From NCBI GenBank assembly GCA_965215025.1, contig CBDCCV010000001.1, forward strand, positions 234,619-298,618: a stretch of 64,000 nt of DNA. The letters are read 5' to 3'. The stretch comes from Salinibacteraceae bacterium. GTDB taxonomy: Bacteria > Bacteroidota > Rhodothermia > Rhodothermales > Salinibacteraceae. A program made the position numbers and the translations under genes. Positions 31,353 through 42,080 of the stretch are shown here, piece after piece; within the stretch, counting starts at the first letter, position 1, and the number at the start of each line of letters is the position of its first letter. The notes below the pieces were generated by a model. The model saw only the letters and a program-made list of their open reading frames with translations. It made no database searches and was not told the origin of the DNA.

Positions 31353-32648
31353 ATGGACATCGTCGTCATCGCAGGCGTGCTTATCCTCGGATTCCTGGCG
31401 GTGCTCGGCATCGTGCGGGCGAACCTCAAGATCTGCCAGCCCAACGAGGTGTTGATCTTCAGCGGGCGCGAGCGGGCGCTCGACGCCGGCGGCTCGGTGG
31501 GCTACCGTGTGATCCGCGGCGGGCGCGGCTTCCGCATCCCGCTTCTCGAAGAGGTGGACCGCCTGGACCTCAGGACGCTCCCCATCGACCTGATGGTGAC
31601 GAACGCGTACTCGAAGGGCGGCATCCCGCTCAAGGTGCGCGCGATTGCCAACGTGAAGATCGCCTCGAACGAGCCGGAGCTGAACAACGCCGTCGAGCGC
31701 CTCTTGGGCAAGCCCTTGGCTGAGGTGCAGCAGATCGCCAAGGAGACACTCGAGGGGAACCTCCGCGGCGTGATGGCGCTCCTGACACCCGAGGAGGTGA
31801 ACGAGGACCGGCTCCTCTTCGCCAAAGAGCTATTGAAAGAAGCGGATCAGGACCTCTCCGCACTCGGCTTACAGCTGGACACCTTGAAGGTGCAGAGCAT
31901 CGAGGACGACCGCGGCTACCTCGACGCCATCGGGCGGCAGCAGACGGCGCACATCATCTCCGCCGCCGAGATCGCCGAGGCCGAGAAGCAGGAGCAGGCG
32001 CGCGTGGCGCAGGCGCGCGCCGACCGCAACGTCGCCAAAGAGGAGAAAGAGACGCGCGTTGCGATGGCCCGCTACAACGCCGAATCCGAAGCCGAGGAAG
32101 CGAAGGTGGAGGTGGCCGCCGACATCGCGCGGGCGCAGGCGCAGCAGGAACTGGAGGAGCAGCAGATCCTCTTGGAAGAAAAGCGCCAGCGCGCCAGCGT
32201 CGTCGTCAAGGCCGAGGCCGAGCGCGAGGCCAAGGAAGAGATCGCTAAGGGCAACGCCGCGCGTATCTTAGAGGACGGCCGCGCCGAGGTGGACGTCTTG
32301 AAGCAGAAGCTCGACCTCTGGAAGCAGGCCGGCCCGGACGCCGAGCGCCTCTTCCTGATCCAGATGCTGCCCGACATCATGCGGCAGGTCGTGCAGACGG
32401 TGGACAACATGAAGATCGACAAGCTCACCGTAGTGGACAGCGGCGGCCCCGGTCAGCGCGGCGTGCCCGCTGTGTTTAACCAAGTGGCCGGCGCCACGCC
32501 CGCCCTCTTGGAAAGCCTCAAGTCCTCCACCGGCATCGACATCGCCGGCCTGCTGAGCCGCGCCGCCAACGACACGCACGCCGACACGAACACCGCCGCC
32601 GACAGCGAGGCGAGCGTCCGCCCCGGCGCGGGGGATGGGGCATCGTGA
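31353..32648 (+). CDS. flotillin-family SPFH/band-7 protein (FloT/YuaG-like)
   Basis: N-terminal TM + SPFH domain, long EA-rich coiled coil. Confidence 0.88.
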   Translation: MDIVVIAGVLILGFLAVLGIVRANLKICQPNEVLIFSGRERALDAGGSVGYRVIRGGRGFRIPLLEEVDRLDLRTLPIDLMVTNAYSKGGIPLKVRAIANVKIASNEPELNNAVERLLGKPLAEVQQIAKETLEGNLRGVMALLTPEEVNEDRLLFAKELLKEADQDLSALGLQLDTLKVQSIEDDRGYLDAIGRQQTAHIISAAEIAEAEKQEQARVAQARADRNVAKEEKETRVAMARYNAESEAEEAKVEVAADIARAQAQQELEEQQILLEEKRQRASVVVKAEAEREAKEEIAKGNAARILEDGRAEVDVLKQKLDLWKQAGPDAERLFLIQMLPDIMRQVVQTVDNMKIDKLTVVDSGGPGQRGVPAVFNQVAGATPALLESLKSSTGIDIAGLLSRAANDTHADTNTAADSEASVRPGAGDGAS

Positions 32649-32658
32649 GGAGCGCTAA

Positions 32659-33175
<517 letters not shown>

Positions 33176-33236
33176 GGGAAGTGTAAGAATAGCCGCGGCG
33201 AGTCAGTACCTGACGTGCAGCCGAGTTGCGGGCGCT

Positions 33237-33349
33237 GACATCGCCGCCTCCTCAGCCGCGCCGCCGACGACACGCACACCGACACGTCCACCGGCGCGGG
33301 CAGCAGCGAGGCGAGCGTCCGTCCCGGCGCAGGGGACGGGGCGTCGTAG
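33237..33349 (+). repeat. decayed duplicate (~85% identity, 1-nt deletion) of the flotillin 3' terminal ~112 bp (original 32538-32648)
   Basis: Direct alignment of the two segments including stop codon context. Confidence 0.8.
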
Positions 33350-33915
33350 CAGGCGCTCGGGGACTGAACTCTGTTTAGGCAACGCGATCAAATGAACTAC
33401 TCCGGGGCAAGCTCCAAGGTATCCGACTCCCAAATCGAATGACCTTAGTTTCGAGGAAACCATTCCGAGAGCGCTGGGAAGTTCTTGCCGAGTTTTCTAA
33501 TGGCAAGCGCCGGACCCCACTGCTCCAGACCCACCTCGAACACCAGCGCTTGCGGCCCGGCCCGATCCAGGGTGTAGTTCTGGGCAATACTGAAGAGGCA
33601 GCCGCTGTAACTCAGATTGCAACAGGTGCTTCTTCTCGAAGCACTCTGCACTATGAGTCTGGGGAGAATGGGTCCACCACGGTACTTCACAGCGATCACG
33701 TACGATTCAGGTCTTTCACAAGTCCCGTCTCCTCTCTGGAGGGACGACCTGCACAAGTAGTAGCAGAACTCGAGCTGGAGGAGTTGACTGTAGCGCATCG
33801 CCGCCATGACAACCCGGACGAAATCCGCGACATCGTGTTCTCTCTGGCAGGCCCAGAGACGCCGTGGCAAATTCGGATTGATCCCGGCTCGCTCGGGAGC
33901 GGTTGAGCCAAGTAC

Positions 33916-34884
33916 TTGGATGAACCGCTCGAACTGGGGATAGAGCTTCCATTCGAAGTGAAGGTCACAAAACTGCCTTATCAGGAACAAGACTCCAGTG
34001 ACCCTCGCGTTCTGCTTCACACGACGGAGCTTGCCTTAGTAGTTGAGACTTTGGTTGCACGTGACCAGTTGCCTGATGATGCACTCCGAGAACGCGGGGA
34101 AACGGTAGTAGAGGACATTCTCCTACTCGTATCGTTCGCCATGCGGACGTGGGTAACTTGGTATCAGCGAAGAATGCGCGTGCCGGGGCTTCACGAGACG
34201 CGGATACGCCGAATCAGGCGCACATTGAGCGAGCGGGAGCCAGCATACAACGATGTGGTGGTAGATCCTCGTCAGGTACGCGATTTCCTACGAACTGCCT
34301 ATCCATTATTCTGTCAGCTTCGAGATGACGGTCTTGACCTCACGACTGTATTACAGACAACCCTCACCAGTTTAGAGGAAAAATATCTCGAAGCTCAATT
34401 TCTCTCTTTGTTTACCGCTCTTGAGGCACTGAAGAACTTTCACGCCGACATCAAAGGAACGAATTTCGTTCTTCCCTCCGAAGAGTTCGAGAACTTAGAA
34501 AAGCCGCTTAGAGCCGTGGTCAAAAAGGAGGTAGACTCAAAAGAGGCGAGGCGCGAACTGTATGCGAAGCTACGTGGCTTGAATCGTCGGTCCTTACGCA
34601 CGGTGATAGAAGAGATGTTTAAGGAGTACAATACAGATTGGAGCGACCTTTATCCGGGTGAGTCCAGCGTCACTCTTCTTAGTACGCGCAATGCTCTTGT
34701 TCATGCTGGGAAAAGACCAAACGATGACACCGTCATACGAGACTTTGTACGGCTGCAAGCTGTTATTGAGCGCCTCTTACTCCGTATGCTCGGATGGAAA
34801 GACATCTCTCAAAGCCCAAGTCCGCTTGATATGAAGTGGTTGCACCGACCCAGGAAGCACACGGACGGAGAGGCCCACACATGA
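33916..34884 (+). CDS. hypothetical protein with C-terminal HEPN-like Rx4H motif (LLSTRNALVHAGKRP); putative Abi-like RNase
   Basis: Low-GC ORF; preceded in the same frame by ORF 33439..33906 separated by a single TGA; stop overlaps start of next gene (ATGA). Confidence 0.45.
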   Translation: MDEPLELGIELPFEVKVTKLPYQEQDSSDPRVLLHTTELALVVETLVARDQLPDDALRERGETVVEDILLLVSFAMRTWVTWYQRRMRVPGLHETRIRRIRRTLSEREPAYNDVVVDPRQVRDFLRTAYPLFCQLRDDGLDLTTVLQTTLTSLEEKYLEAQFLSLFTALEALKNFHADIKGTNFVLPSEEFENLEKPLRAVVKKEVDSKEARRELYAKLRGLNRRSLRTVIEEMFKEYNTDWSDLYPGESSVTLLSTRNALVHAGKRPNDDTVIRDFVRLQAVIERLLLRMLGWKDISQSPSPLDMKWLHRPRKHTDGEAHT

Positions 34885-35360
34885 AATACATGATGCGGCA
34901 GAAGCTCTGGTCGCTCGGCGACTCGTTCACCATCAAAGACGAGCGCGAGGCGGACGCCTTCCGCGTCGAGGGGAAGGTCTTCTCCTGGGGCGATAAGCTC
35001 CGCTTCTACGACGCCGAGGGCCGCGAGGTGGCCTTCGTCAAGCAGAAGCTCCTGAGCCTGAAGCCGCGCTACGAGATCTACCGCGACGGCGAAAAGTTCG
35101 CCGAGGTGACGAAAGATTTCACGCTCCTCAAGGACCGCTTCACGCTCGACGTGCCGGGGCCGAACGACTACACCGTGCGCGGCAACCTTTTCGACCACGA
35201 GTACACGTTCGAGCGCTCCGGCGAGGAGGTCGCGCGCGTCTCGAAAACGCTTTTCGCATTCAGCGACGTGTATGGCGTGGACATCAACGAGGGCGAGGAC
35301 GATGTGGCGATCTTAGCCACCTGCGTCGTCGTTGACCTCGTGAGCCACGACGAAGGCTGA
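34881..35360 (+). CDS. LURP-one-related (LOR/DUF567, tubby-like) family protein
   Basis: MKYMMRQKLWSLGDSFTIKDE...typical LOR N-terminus. Confidence 0.72.
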   Translation: MKYMMRQKLWSLGDSFTIKDEREADAFRVEGKVFSWGDKLRFYDAEGREVAFVKQKLLSLKPRYEIYRDGEKFAEVTKDFTLLKDRFTLDVPGPNDYTVRGNLFDHEYTFERSGEEVARVSKTLFAFSDVYGVDINEGEDDVAILATCVVVDLVSHDEG

Positions 35361-35377
35361 GGCGCGGGCGCTCTGCC

Positions 35378-36238
35378 CTACGCGCTTTTGCGCCAGGCGC
35401 GCTCGCCGGGATAGCCGGGGGCGTCCATGACGCGTGCGTAGGCCTCGCGCCACGCCGCCGGGTGCAGGCGGCTCAGGCGCTTGACGACGAGTTCGCCCGC
35501 ATCGGCAGGGCGCTTAGGGATCTCGCCTTCTTCTACGTCCACTGGCTCGGGCGCGTAGCTTAGGCGGACCTCCGCCGTGGCCGGGTGCACCGTGGCGTGG
35601 CGCGCCTCCGAAGAAGCGTTCTGGCGCAGGCGCTGCCGACCCTGACGGCCGAACAGGGCCGGGTCCCACTTCGCCACGAGGTGCAAGACGTCGTCCAGGC
35701 GCTCCGGCGTGAGGTCCTCGCGGCGGAAGCGGTAGAGCACGTCCACGGCGTCGGCGCCCATGAGGAGCGCCTCGCGCAGCGCCGGCTCGCCCAGCGGCGG
35801 CGCGTAGTCCTCGTCCGATCCGCCGCAGAGGATGCCGATCCGGCGCGAGCCGTACGCCTCCTCATCGCACTCGATCAGGAAGTCCACGCGGAAGCAGTCG
35901 TCGGGCGTGAGGACGACGGCGCGGTGCTGCAAGGCGCACGTGGCCGGCGCGAGGTGATGCACGAGGTGCCAGGCCAGCGCGTCATGCGCCGGGTCCTCGT
36001 ACGGCGGGTTGTAGAAAAGCGGCAGCTCGGCCAGCGGACCGCGCGGGTCACTTGCCGCCGACGGCTCGGCGGTGGAGCGGTTGGGCGCGCAGGCTTCGTG
36101 CGGAGGCGTGCGGGGCGTACGGCGGTCGTCGCGCGCGCGCGTACGCGAAGGGCGCGAATCGGAAGTCCAGGGATCGGTCATAGCAGGCACGGCGTCGGCC
36201 TCTCGTAGAAGGAGTTCCAGCAGGTTCACGGGCAACAT
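35378..36238 (-). CDS. hypothetical protein
   Basis: Start chosen at MLPVNLLELLL (alternative MTDPW at 36181); upstream ORF extension is low-complexity. Confidence 0.45.
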   Translation of the reverse strand: MLPVNLLELLLREADAVPAMTDPWTSDSRPSRTRARDDRRTPRTPPHEACAPNRSTAEPSAASDPRGPLAELPLFYNPPYEDPAHDALAWHLVHHLAPATCALQHRAVVLTPDDCFRVDFLIECDEEAYGSRRIGILCGGSDEDYAPPLGEPALREALLMGADAVDVLYRFRREDLTPERLDDVLHLVAKWDPALFGRQGRQRLRQNASSEARHATVHPATAEVRLSYAPEPVDVEEGEIPKRPADAGELVVKRLSRLHPAAWREAYARVMDAPGYPGERAWRKSA

Positions 36239-36464
36239 ACGCAGCCTCGGTGACACCGCTGTGTCATAACACTTGGTGCTTCTAAAAAACCTTTCCGATG
36301 CATTTTCCGATGCCGCCCCCACTCTTTTGTAGAGCACACCGCGCGCTCGATTTTTTCTCACAATCGCTGCCGCAACGCCCCGGCCGAGCGAACGGAAAGC
36401 GCTCTTGCTGTGTAGACAGCGCGTTACATTTCGCGCTTCAGGCTGAGACGATCCCTTCCACGCC

Positions 36465-39449
36465 ATGCGCTCGCTGGCCTTTTCTTTTCTCCTTGCCGCG
36501 TTTCTCGTAGCGGGGCCGGCCTCGTCCGCAGCGCAGGGGTTCAACGCCTTCAGCGGGCGCAACCATCCCGAACTCCGCTGGCAGGCGGCCGAGACGGAGC
36601 ACTTCGAGATCATGTACCCGCAGCGCCTGGCCGGCATCGAGGCCGAGGCCGCCCCCCTCGCCGAGGCGGCGTACGCCGCCCTCTCGGCTAACCTGAACGT
36701 CACCTTCGATGAGAAAATCCGCATCTACCTTTCCGATGAGGACGAGATCGTCAACGGGTTTGCCGTGCCCATCGGCGCAGGATACACCAACATCTGGGTG
36801 CACGTGAACGACGCCGCCGACGTCTTCACCGGGCGCGAGAAGTGGCTGCGGAAAGTCTTGGCGCACGAGCTGGCGCACATCTTTCACTACCGCGCCGTCC
36901 GGTCGAACCTCGGCTTCTTCGGCCTCGTCCTCGCCGATGCGCTGCCGAGCTTTTGGACCGAAGGCCTGGCGCAGTACCAAACCGAAACCTGGGACGCGCA
37001 GCGCGGCGACCGCTGGCTGCGCACGGCCATTCTCGAAGACGATCTGTCGTACACCGATGGCCGCTCCGTCTGGAACGGGCGCCTGAAGTACGCCGTCGGC
37101 AACGCGCAGGTGCGCTACTTTGCCGAGCAGTACGGTGACTCGACGCTCGCCCGCCTCCTCGCCCACCGCGACACGCTCCTCTTCGGTTTGGCGCGCGTGC
37201 ACGATTTTGAATCGGCCTTCGAGGACGTGGCCGGAAAAACGCACCGCGCCTTCTACGACGACTGGCGGCGCCACCTCAACGTCTACTACAACACGCTCGC
37301 CGGGCAGCTGCCCGCGCCGGACTCGCTCGAGCTTGAAGACCTCGATGTGCCGGGCCGCTACGTCTACGACGTGCGCTTTTCGCCCGATACGGCGCGCGTG
37401 GCCGTCGTGTCGCTGCTCTCGCCGCGCCGCCCGGTGCGCCGGCTCTACGTGCTCGATCCATCTTCGGGAGATGTAGAAACGGTGGCCGAGGGGCCGATCC
37501 GCGCGCCGGTAAGCTGGAGTCCGGATGGGCAGCGGATCGCGTTCGCGCGCCTCTCGCGTGGGCGCAAAGGCTCGCTCCTGAACGATCTTTTCGTGGTGGA
37601 TGCGGATGGAAAAAATCTGCGCCGCCTCACCCGGAGCCGCCGCACCTCTTCGCCCGCGTTCGATCCGCAAGACGGTCAGCGGCTGGCTTTCATCGGATCG
37701 GAAGACGGGACGGCGAACGTTTTTCTGCTTGACCTGAAAACGGGCCGGGAGACGCCGCTTACGCGCTTCGCGGGCGACGTGCAGCTTTCCGGGCTGGCGT
37801 GGAGTCCCACGGGCGGGCAGCTCGCCTTCGCCCGCTTCAACGCGGACGGGACGCGCGGCCTCGTCCTCCTCGACCCTGCGGAAACCGAGCCGCTCGCACT
37901 CCGAAACGGCGCCATGCCCTCCGCTACGCTCACCGCCATCACGAGCGGGAGCCACGATGACCGCTACCCCGTCTGGCGCCCGGATGGAAAGCAGATCGCC
38001 TACACCTCGCTCCGCGACGACGTGCCGAACGTGTTCGTCTACGACCTCGCCGAAAAGACGCACCGGCGCGTGACGCACCTCGTCAGCGGCGCGACGGCGC
38101 ACGGCTGGCTCCCGCCCGACTCCGCCTTTGCTGAGGGGCGGCTTGTGATCACCACGACGGTGAGCAAAGCGCGCGACGCGGCGCACCTCCTCGACGCCGC
38201 GCACCGGGCCGCGCCCGCCGAGGCATCAGTGCCGGCGGGGTTTGCTACTTGGACCACGCACCGCCCGCCGCAGGAGGTGGCCGAGCGCGTGCCGCCGGAT
38301 GCCTCGCTCATCACGGCGCGCTATCCGTACCGTTCGTGGGCGAATATCACACATGTGGCCTCCCTGGCCGTGCCGTACTACCTCGGCCCGGACGACGCCG
38401 GGATCGCCGGCTTCACGGCGTGGACGGAGCCGCTGGGCAAGCACGCCATCGCGGCGGGCGGCGCGTTTTCGCTCACGGCGCCGGCCTCGAACAGCGCCTT
38501 TTTCGGCGCTTACGTCAACAATCAGCTTTATCCGACGCTCGCGTTTAGCGCGTACCGGCTGCCCGGCTCGGCGCGCGCGTATGGCGACGACCTCTTGGTG
38601 GAAGGCTTCCTGGGCGGCGATGTCGAGGCGCTGTGGCCGCTGGACTGGCGCGCGCGACCCTACGCCTCGACGCGCCTGGGCGTGCGGCTGCGCTACGTGG
38701 ATGTCGAGCCGGAGCGGCCCGAAGACATCGACCTCGAAGGCAGCCCGCTCCTGCGCCCCGAGGCCGGGCAGCAGGCCGACCTCCGCCTCGCGCTCACGCG
38801 CACGAAGCTGCGCCCGTACCGCGACAACCCCGTCCACCCGCTCGACGGCTACGGCCTGCGCGCGCAGGTGACGGGTGCCGCCCCGCTCCTTGGCGCTGAC
38901 TTTTCTTTTGTGCGAGGCGATGTGGCGGCGTACACCGTCCGCCCCGGCTTCTTCGGCTTGCAGCGCCTCTTCTTCTACGCCCGCGCGCAGGCGCAGACGG
39001 GTGATCCGCTGCCGCAGGACTACCTCGGCTTCTCACGCTACGACCACGTGCAGATCGGCGCGGCCGGCCTCCTCCCGATCTCCCTTGGCGACACGGAGCG
39101 CGTGCGCGGCTACCGATCCTACGCTGTGGGCACGCGCGCGCTTTTCGGCTCGGTGGAATACCGCGTCCCGCTCCTCAGCGATTTGCAGACCGAGATCCTT
39201 GGCCTCGCCCGCCTGGGCACGACCACGCTGGCCGCCTTCGCCGACGGCGGCCTCGTCTGGACGGGCGCCGACGTGGCCGGCGGCGTGCAGCGCGCGGGCG
39301 TGGGGCTGGAGGTCAAGAACGCGCTGGTCCTCTTCGGAGGCGGCCTCCGCCTCGCGCACGCCGTGGGCGTAGCGCAGCCGGCGGAGCGCTTGGGTAGCGC
39401 GACGGACTACGAGGTTTACTACCGCCTCCGCACGGCGCTGCCTTTCTGA
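36465..39449 (+). CDS. 994-aa outer-membrane protein: N-terminal HExxH zincin-like domain + PD40/TolB-like beta-propeller repeats + C-terminal Omp85/BamA-type beta-barrel
   Basis: Signal peptide; HELAHIFH; repeated WSPDGxxIAF-type PD40 motifs; C-terminal Bac_surface_Ag-like pattern ending YYRLRTALPF. Confidence 0.8.
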   Translation: MRSLAFSFLLAAFLVAGPASSAAQGFNAFSGRNHPELRWQAAETEHFEIMYPQRLAGIEAEAAPLAEAAYAALSANLNVTFDEKIRIYLSDEDEIVNGFAVPIGAGYTNIWVHVNDAADVFTGREKWLRKVLAHELAHIFHYRAVRSNLGFFGLVLADALPSFWTEGLAQYQTETWDAQRGDRWLRTAILEDDLSYTDGRSVWNGRLKYAVGNAQVRYFAEQYGDSTLARLLAHRDTLLFGLARVHDFESAFEDVAGKTHRAFYDDWRRHLNVYYNTLAGQLPAPDSLELEDLDVPGRYVYDVRFSPDTARVAVVSLLSPRRPVRRLYVLDPSSGDVETVAEGPIRAPVSWSPDGQRIAFARLSRGRKGSLLNDLFVVDADGKNLRRLTRSRRTSSPAFDPQDGQRLAFIGSEDGTANVFLLDLKTGRETPLTRFAGDVQLSGLAWSPTGGQLAFARFNADGTRGLVLLDPAETEPLALRNGAMPSATLTAITSGSHDDRYPVWRPDGKQIAYTSLRDDVPNVFVYDLAEKTHRRVTHLVSGATAHGWLPPDSAFAEGRLVITTTVSKARDAAHLLDAAHRAAPAEASVPAGFATWTTHRPPQEVAERVPPDASLITARYPYRSWANITHVASLAVPYYLGPDDAGIAGFTAWTEPLGKHAIAAGGAFSLTAPASNSAFFGAYVNNQLYPTLAFSAYRLPGSARAYGDDLLVEGFLGGDVEALWPLDWRARPYASTRLGVRLRYVDVEPERPEDIDLEGSPLLRPEAGQQADLRLALTRTKLRPYRDNPVHPLDGYGLRAQVTGAAPLLGADFSFVRGDVAAYTVRPGFFGLQRLFFYARAQAQTGDPLPQDYLGFSRYDHVQIGAAGLLPISLGDTERVRGYRSYAVGTRALFGSVEYRVPLLSDLQTEILGLARLGTTTLAAFADGGLVWTGADVAGGVQRAGVGLEVKNALVLFGGGLRLAHAVGVAQPAERLGSATDYEVYYRLRTALPF

Positions 39450-39482
39450 TATTACCGCAGTGATAAGATCAAGCTCTGAATG

Positions 39483-39578
39483 TAACTTTTGCCCCCCCCC
39501 CGCCTTTACTTCATCGCCGCAAACGAGTATCTTGTTAGCGAAACATTCACGGTTAATGTACTTGTGGAGCATTGTGCT
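39483..39578 (+). promoter_or_regulatory. conserved leader copy 1: C10 homopolymer (39492-39501) + GCAAACG..TATCTTGTTAG + -7-like AATGTACTTGTG
   Basis: ~85-90% identical to 41983-42080 although downstream CDSs are only ~45% identical. Confidence 0.6.
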
Positions 39579-40655
39579 ATGCGCCTATCACTTCTTGAAG
39601 TCTTGCCCATTGGAGCGCTCCTGCTACTTGCCGCCACGCTACCGGGGTGCGACCTCTTCGGCTCGGATGGAGGGGGCAGCATTTTAGACGACGTGCCGCC
39701 AGAGCGCCTCGTGGCGATGGTCGCCGTTTACAACGACACCCATGAGAACGGCGCGCCAGTTCAGCGCCTCGTCTTGGCTGACTTCGAGAATCCTTCTGCC
39801 TACAAGGTACTCTCGGAGGCGGGCACCTTTGCCACTGAGCCGCGCTTCGCGCCGGGTAAGCGTCGGCTTCTCTTCGTAGACCAGACCGGAGCACGCACCG
39901 CCTCGGACGGGCAGGTCACGTTGCTCGACCTCGAAAGCGGCTCAGTACGTCCTCTCCTCTATGTGAGGGAGGACGGAAGGCAGTTCCCGCTCCGCGGCTC
40001 GCTCGAAGGCTTGGCTTGGGAGCCGGACGGCTCAGGGTTCTACTCGGCGCTCGCCGGGCCAGCGGGGCTGACGGTGGCCTACCACTACGATCTTGCGACG
40101 CGGCGCTTGCGTCCGTTCGCGCAGACGCAGGGCGGGGCCACAGTCATTCCGTACGGGCGCAAGGGGCAGGACTCGATCTTCGTGATCTCCAACGAGAGGC
40201 TCCGAGAGGGGGGGGACCGCATTCCGGGGTTCTACTTCGTAGACGCCGAGACGGGCGCGTACCTCGAACGCATCGAGAACGAGCACCTGCGGTTCGTCCG
40301 CTGGGAAGACCCCAGCCGTGGCGGATGGAGATATTCTGTGTACACGCCCGCCCTCGACGGGAAGGAAGAGTTGGTCGCCTTTCGGATCAATAACCCAGAA
40401 AACAGAGGCAACCTTGCTGTCGCGAGTCTCAGCGGAAGCTCATTCGAGGTCTACGGAGCTTCTGAAGAATACATTGACACTCTACCACGATGGGGGCCGA
40501 GCAGCGTGGTACTCTTCAACCGAAGCAGAGGCGCATCGTCTCCATTCCAAGCGCATCGCGTGATGGTCGTCGATACCGAAACAGGCGAGGTGCGAGCGTT
40601 TATCCGGCCAGAAGTCATTGACGGCGCAGCGGGTTTGCGCACGCCTGACTACTAA
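39579..40655 (+). CDS. lipoprotein (single PD40-like motif), paralog A
   Basis: MRLSLLEVLPIGALLLLAATLPGCDLFG lipobox; paralogous to 42081..43163. Confidence 0.78.
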   Translation: MRLSLLEVLPIGALLLLAATLPGCDLFGSDGGGSILDDVPPERLVAMVAVYNDTHENGAPVQRLVLADFENPSAYKVLSEAGTFATEPRFAPGKRRLLFVDQTGARTASDGQVTLLDLESGSVRPLLYVREDGRQFPLRGSLEGLAWEPDGSGFYSALAGPAGLTVAYHYDLATRRLRPFAQTQGGATVIPYGRKGQDSIFVISNERLREGGDRIPGFYFVDAETGAYLERIENEHLRFVRWEDPSRGGWRYSVYTPALDGKEELVAFRINNPENRGNLAVASLSGSSFEVYGASEEYIDTLPRWGPSSVVLFNRSRGASSPFQAHRVMVVDTETGEVRAFIRPEVIDGAAGLRTPDY

Positions 40656-40842
40656 GCGTACCCAGAGCACCTGCACCAGAACCCCCTATGGAGGTGATAC
40701 CACCAGCGACTGACGAAAGAAAAAACCCTCGGAAGCAGCACCGACGAGGCCGCACTCCGGCAAGAGATACCGGCCTCAGCAGACTGCCCACGAGGGCTTC
40801 TCACAGCAACCCTTCCAGCCATTCAGACACAAGAGACTCGCC

Positions 40843-41988
40843 ATGAGACATCTCGCTATAGTCCTTATTCTTCTTCTTGTTTCCACCACTCTGGCTTCTG
40901 CGCAGGAGCGTCCAGGTCAGGGACCACCTGACTCGGCACGCGCAGCCACCGTTGCGCAGTTCCGTTCACAGCACGGCCCCGAATGGCAGATCGCCTGGCA
41001 TGAGAAAGCAGCGGCCCCTGCCACGCTCATGGGCGGCACAGCGCGTGGCTACAGCGGGCCGCCGGAGCAGGTCGGCCGCGCCTTCCTGCACGACCACCGC
41101 GCCCTCTTCGGCATCGAGAACGCACAGCAGAATCTCGAAGTCGCTCGGTCGAACGCCTCGCGCGGCAACAGCCGAGTGCTCTATCGGCAGGTTTACCAGG
41201 GCCTCCCTGTCTTATACAGCGGCTACCTCGTGGCCGTCAACGAAGCCGGTGCCGTTTACTACGTCAGCGGCGATTACTACCCGGATTTAGAGGTACTCGA
41301 CGTCTCGCCTTCAGTCTCGCCCGCGAGCGCTGTCAGTCAGATACGCTCTGATCTCGGCGGCGCAGCCAGCTTCAAGGTGCTCCAAGAGCCGGTGCTCTCC
41401 ATCTACGTGGACGACGAAGGGGAGGATCTGTCTTACCACCTCGCCTACGAGGCGCGGGCCGAGCGCCGTGACCCTCTCGAAGCCTACAAATATGTGATCG
41501 ATGCCCAAAGCGGCGAGATCTTGCAGAAGATCAGCTTGGTCACAGATGTCGTCCATGGGGGCATACGCGCAGGGGATGGGGACGACGCTGCAACTGCTAA
41601 CGGCCCTACTGCCAGTACAGCGAGCGCTGTTAACGGCAGCGGAGAGGTCTACCTAACCAACCCACTTCATGGTTCGCCCACCAGCGTGACCCTCAACCGT
41701 CTGACCGCCAACTGGTGGGATAACTTCGACGAAGGTGAACGGCTCCACGGTGAGAACATAGTCGTGACTAACGCTGAGGCGCCGGAGGCATTTTCCTCGA
41801 ACCATGAGTTCGACTACAGCCCCTCGAACACGCACTTCGATGAGGTCATGGCGTATTACCACAGCGATGCCTTCGAAGGGTGGCTCATCGGCAGCCTCGG
41901 CATGGCTTCGAATCAACTGGCCTGCCAGTCCGCACGGCGCTGCCGTTTTGAGTGTTACCGCAGGAATAAGACCGGACACGAAGTGTAA
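40843..41988 (+). pseudogene. truncated paralog of M4-type peptidase (propeptide FTP/PepSY region only; no HExxH)
   Basis: Aligns to N-terminal 380 aa of 43358..45706 product then diverges into ...ACQSARRCRFECYRRNKTGHEV* at the duplication junction. Confidence 0.6.
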
Positions 41989-42080
41989 CGATTGCCCCCC
42001 CCCGCCTTTACTTCACGGATGCAAACGGATATCTTGTTAGTGGAAAAATCACAATGAATGTACTTTTGGAGCACACGGTC
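41983..42080 (+). promoter_or_regulatory. conserved leader copy 2: C10 homopolymer (41994-42003) + -7 box TACTTTTG 12 nt before ATG
   Basis: See copy 1. Confidence 0.6.

Noticed and set aside
33439-34020. ORFs 33439..33906(+) and 33445..34020(-) in the islet
   Set aside because: Both low-complexity and mutually exclusive. The + ORF is in frame with the HEPN-like gene across a single TGA, so it may be a decayed N-terminal part rather than a separate gene. Not called.
36438-38204. 588-aa minus ORF
   Set aside because: Antisense to the 994-aa outer-membrane protein gene.
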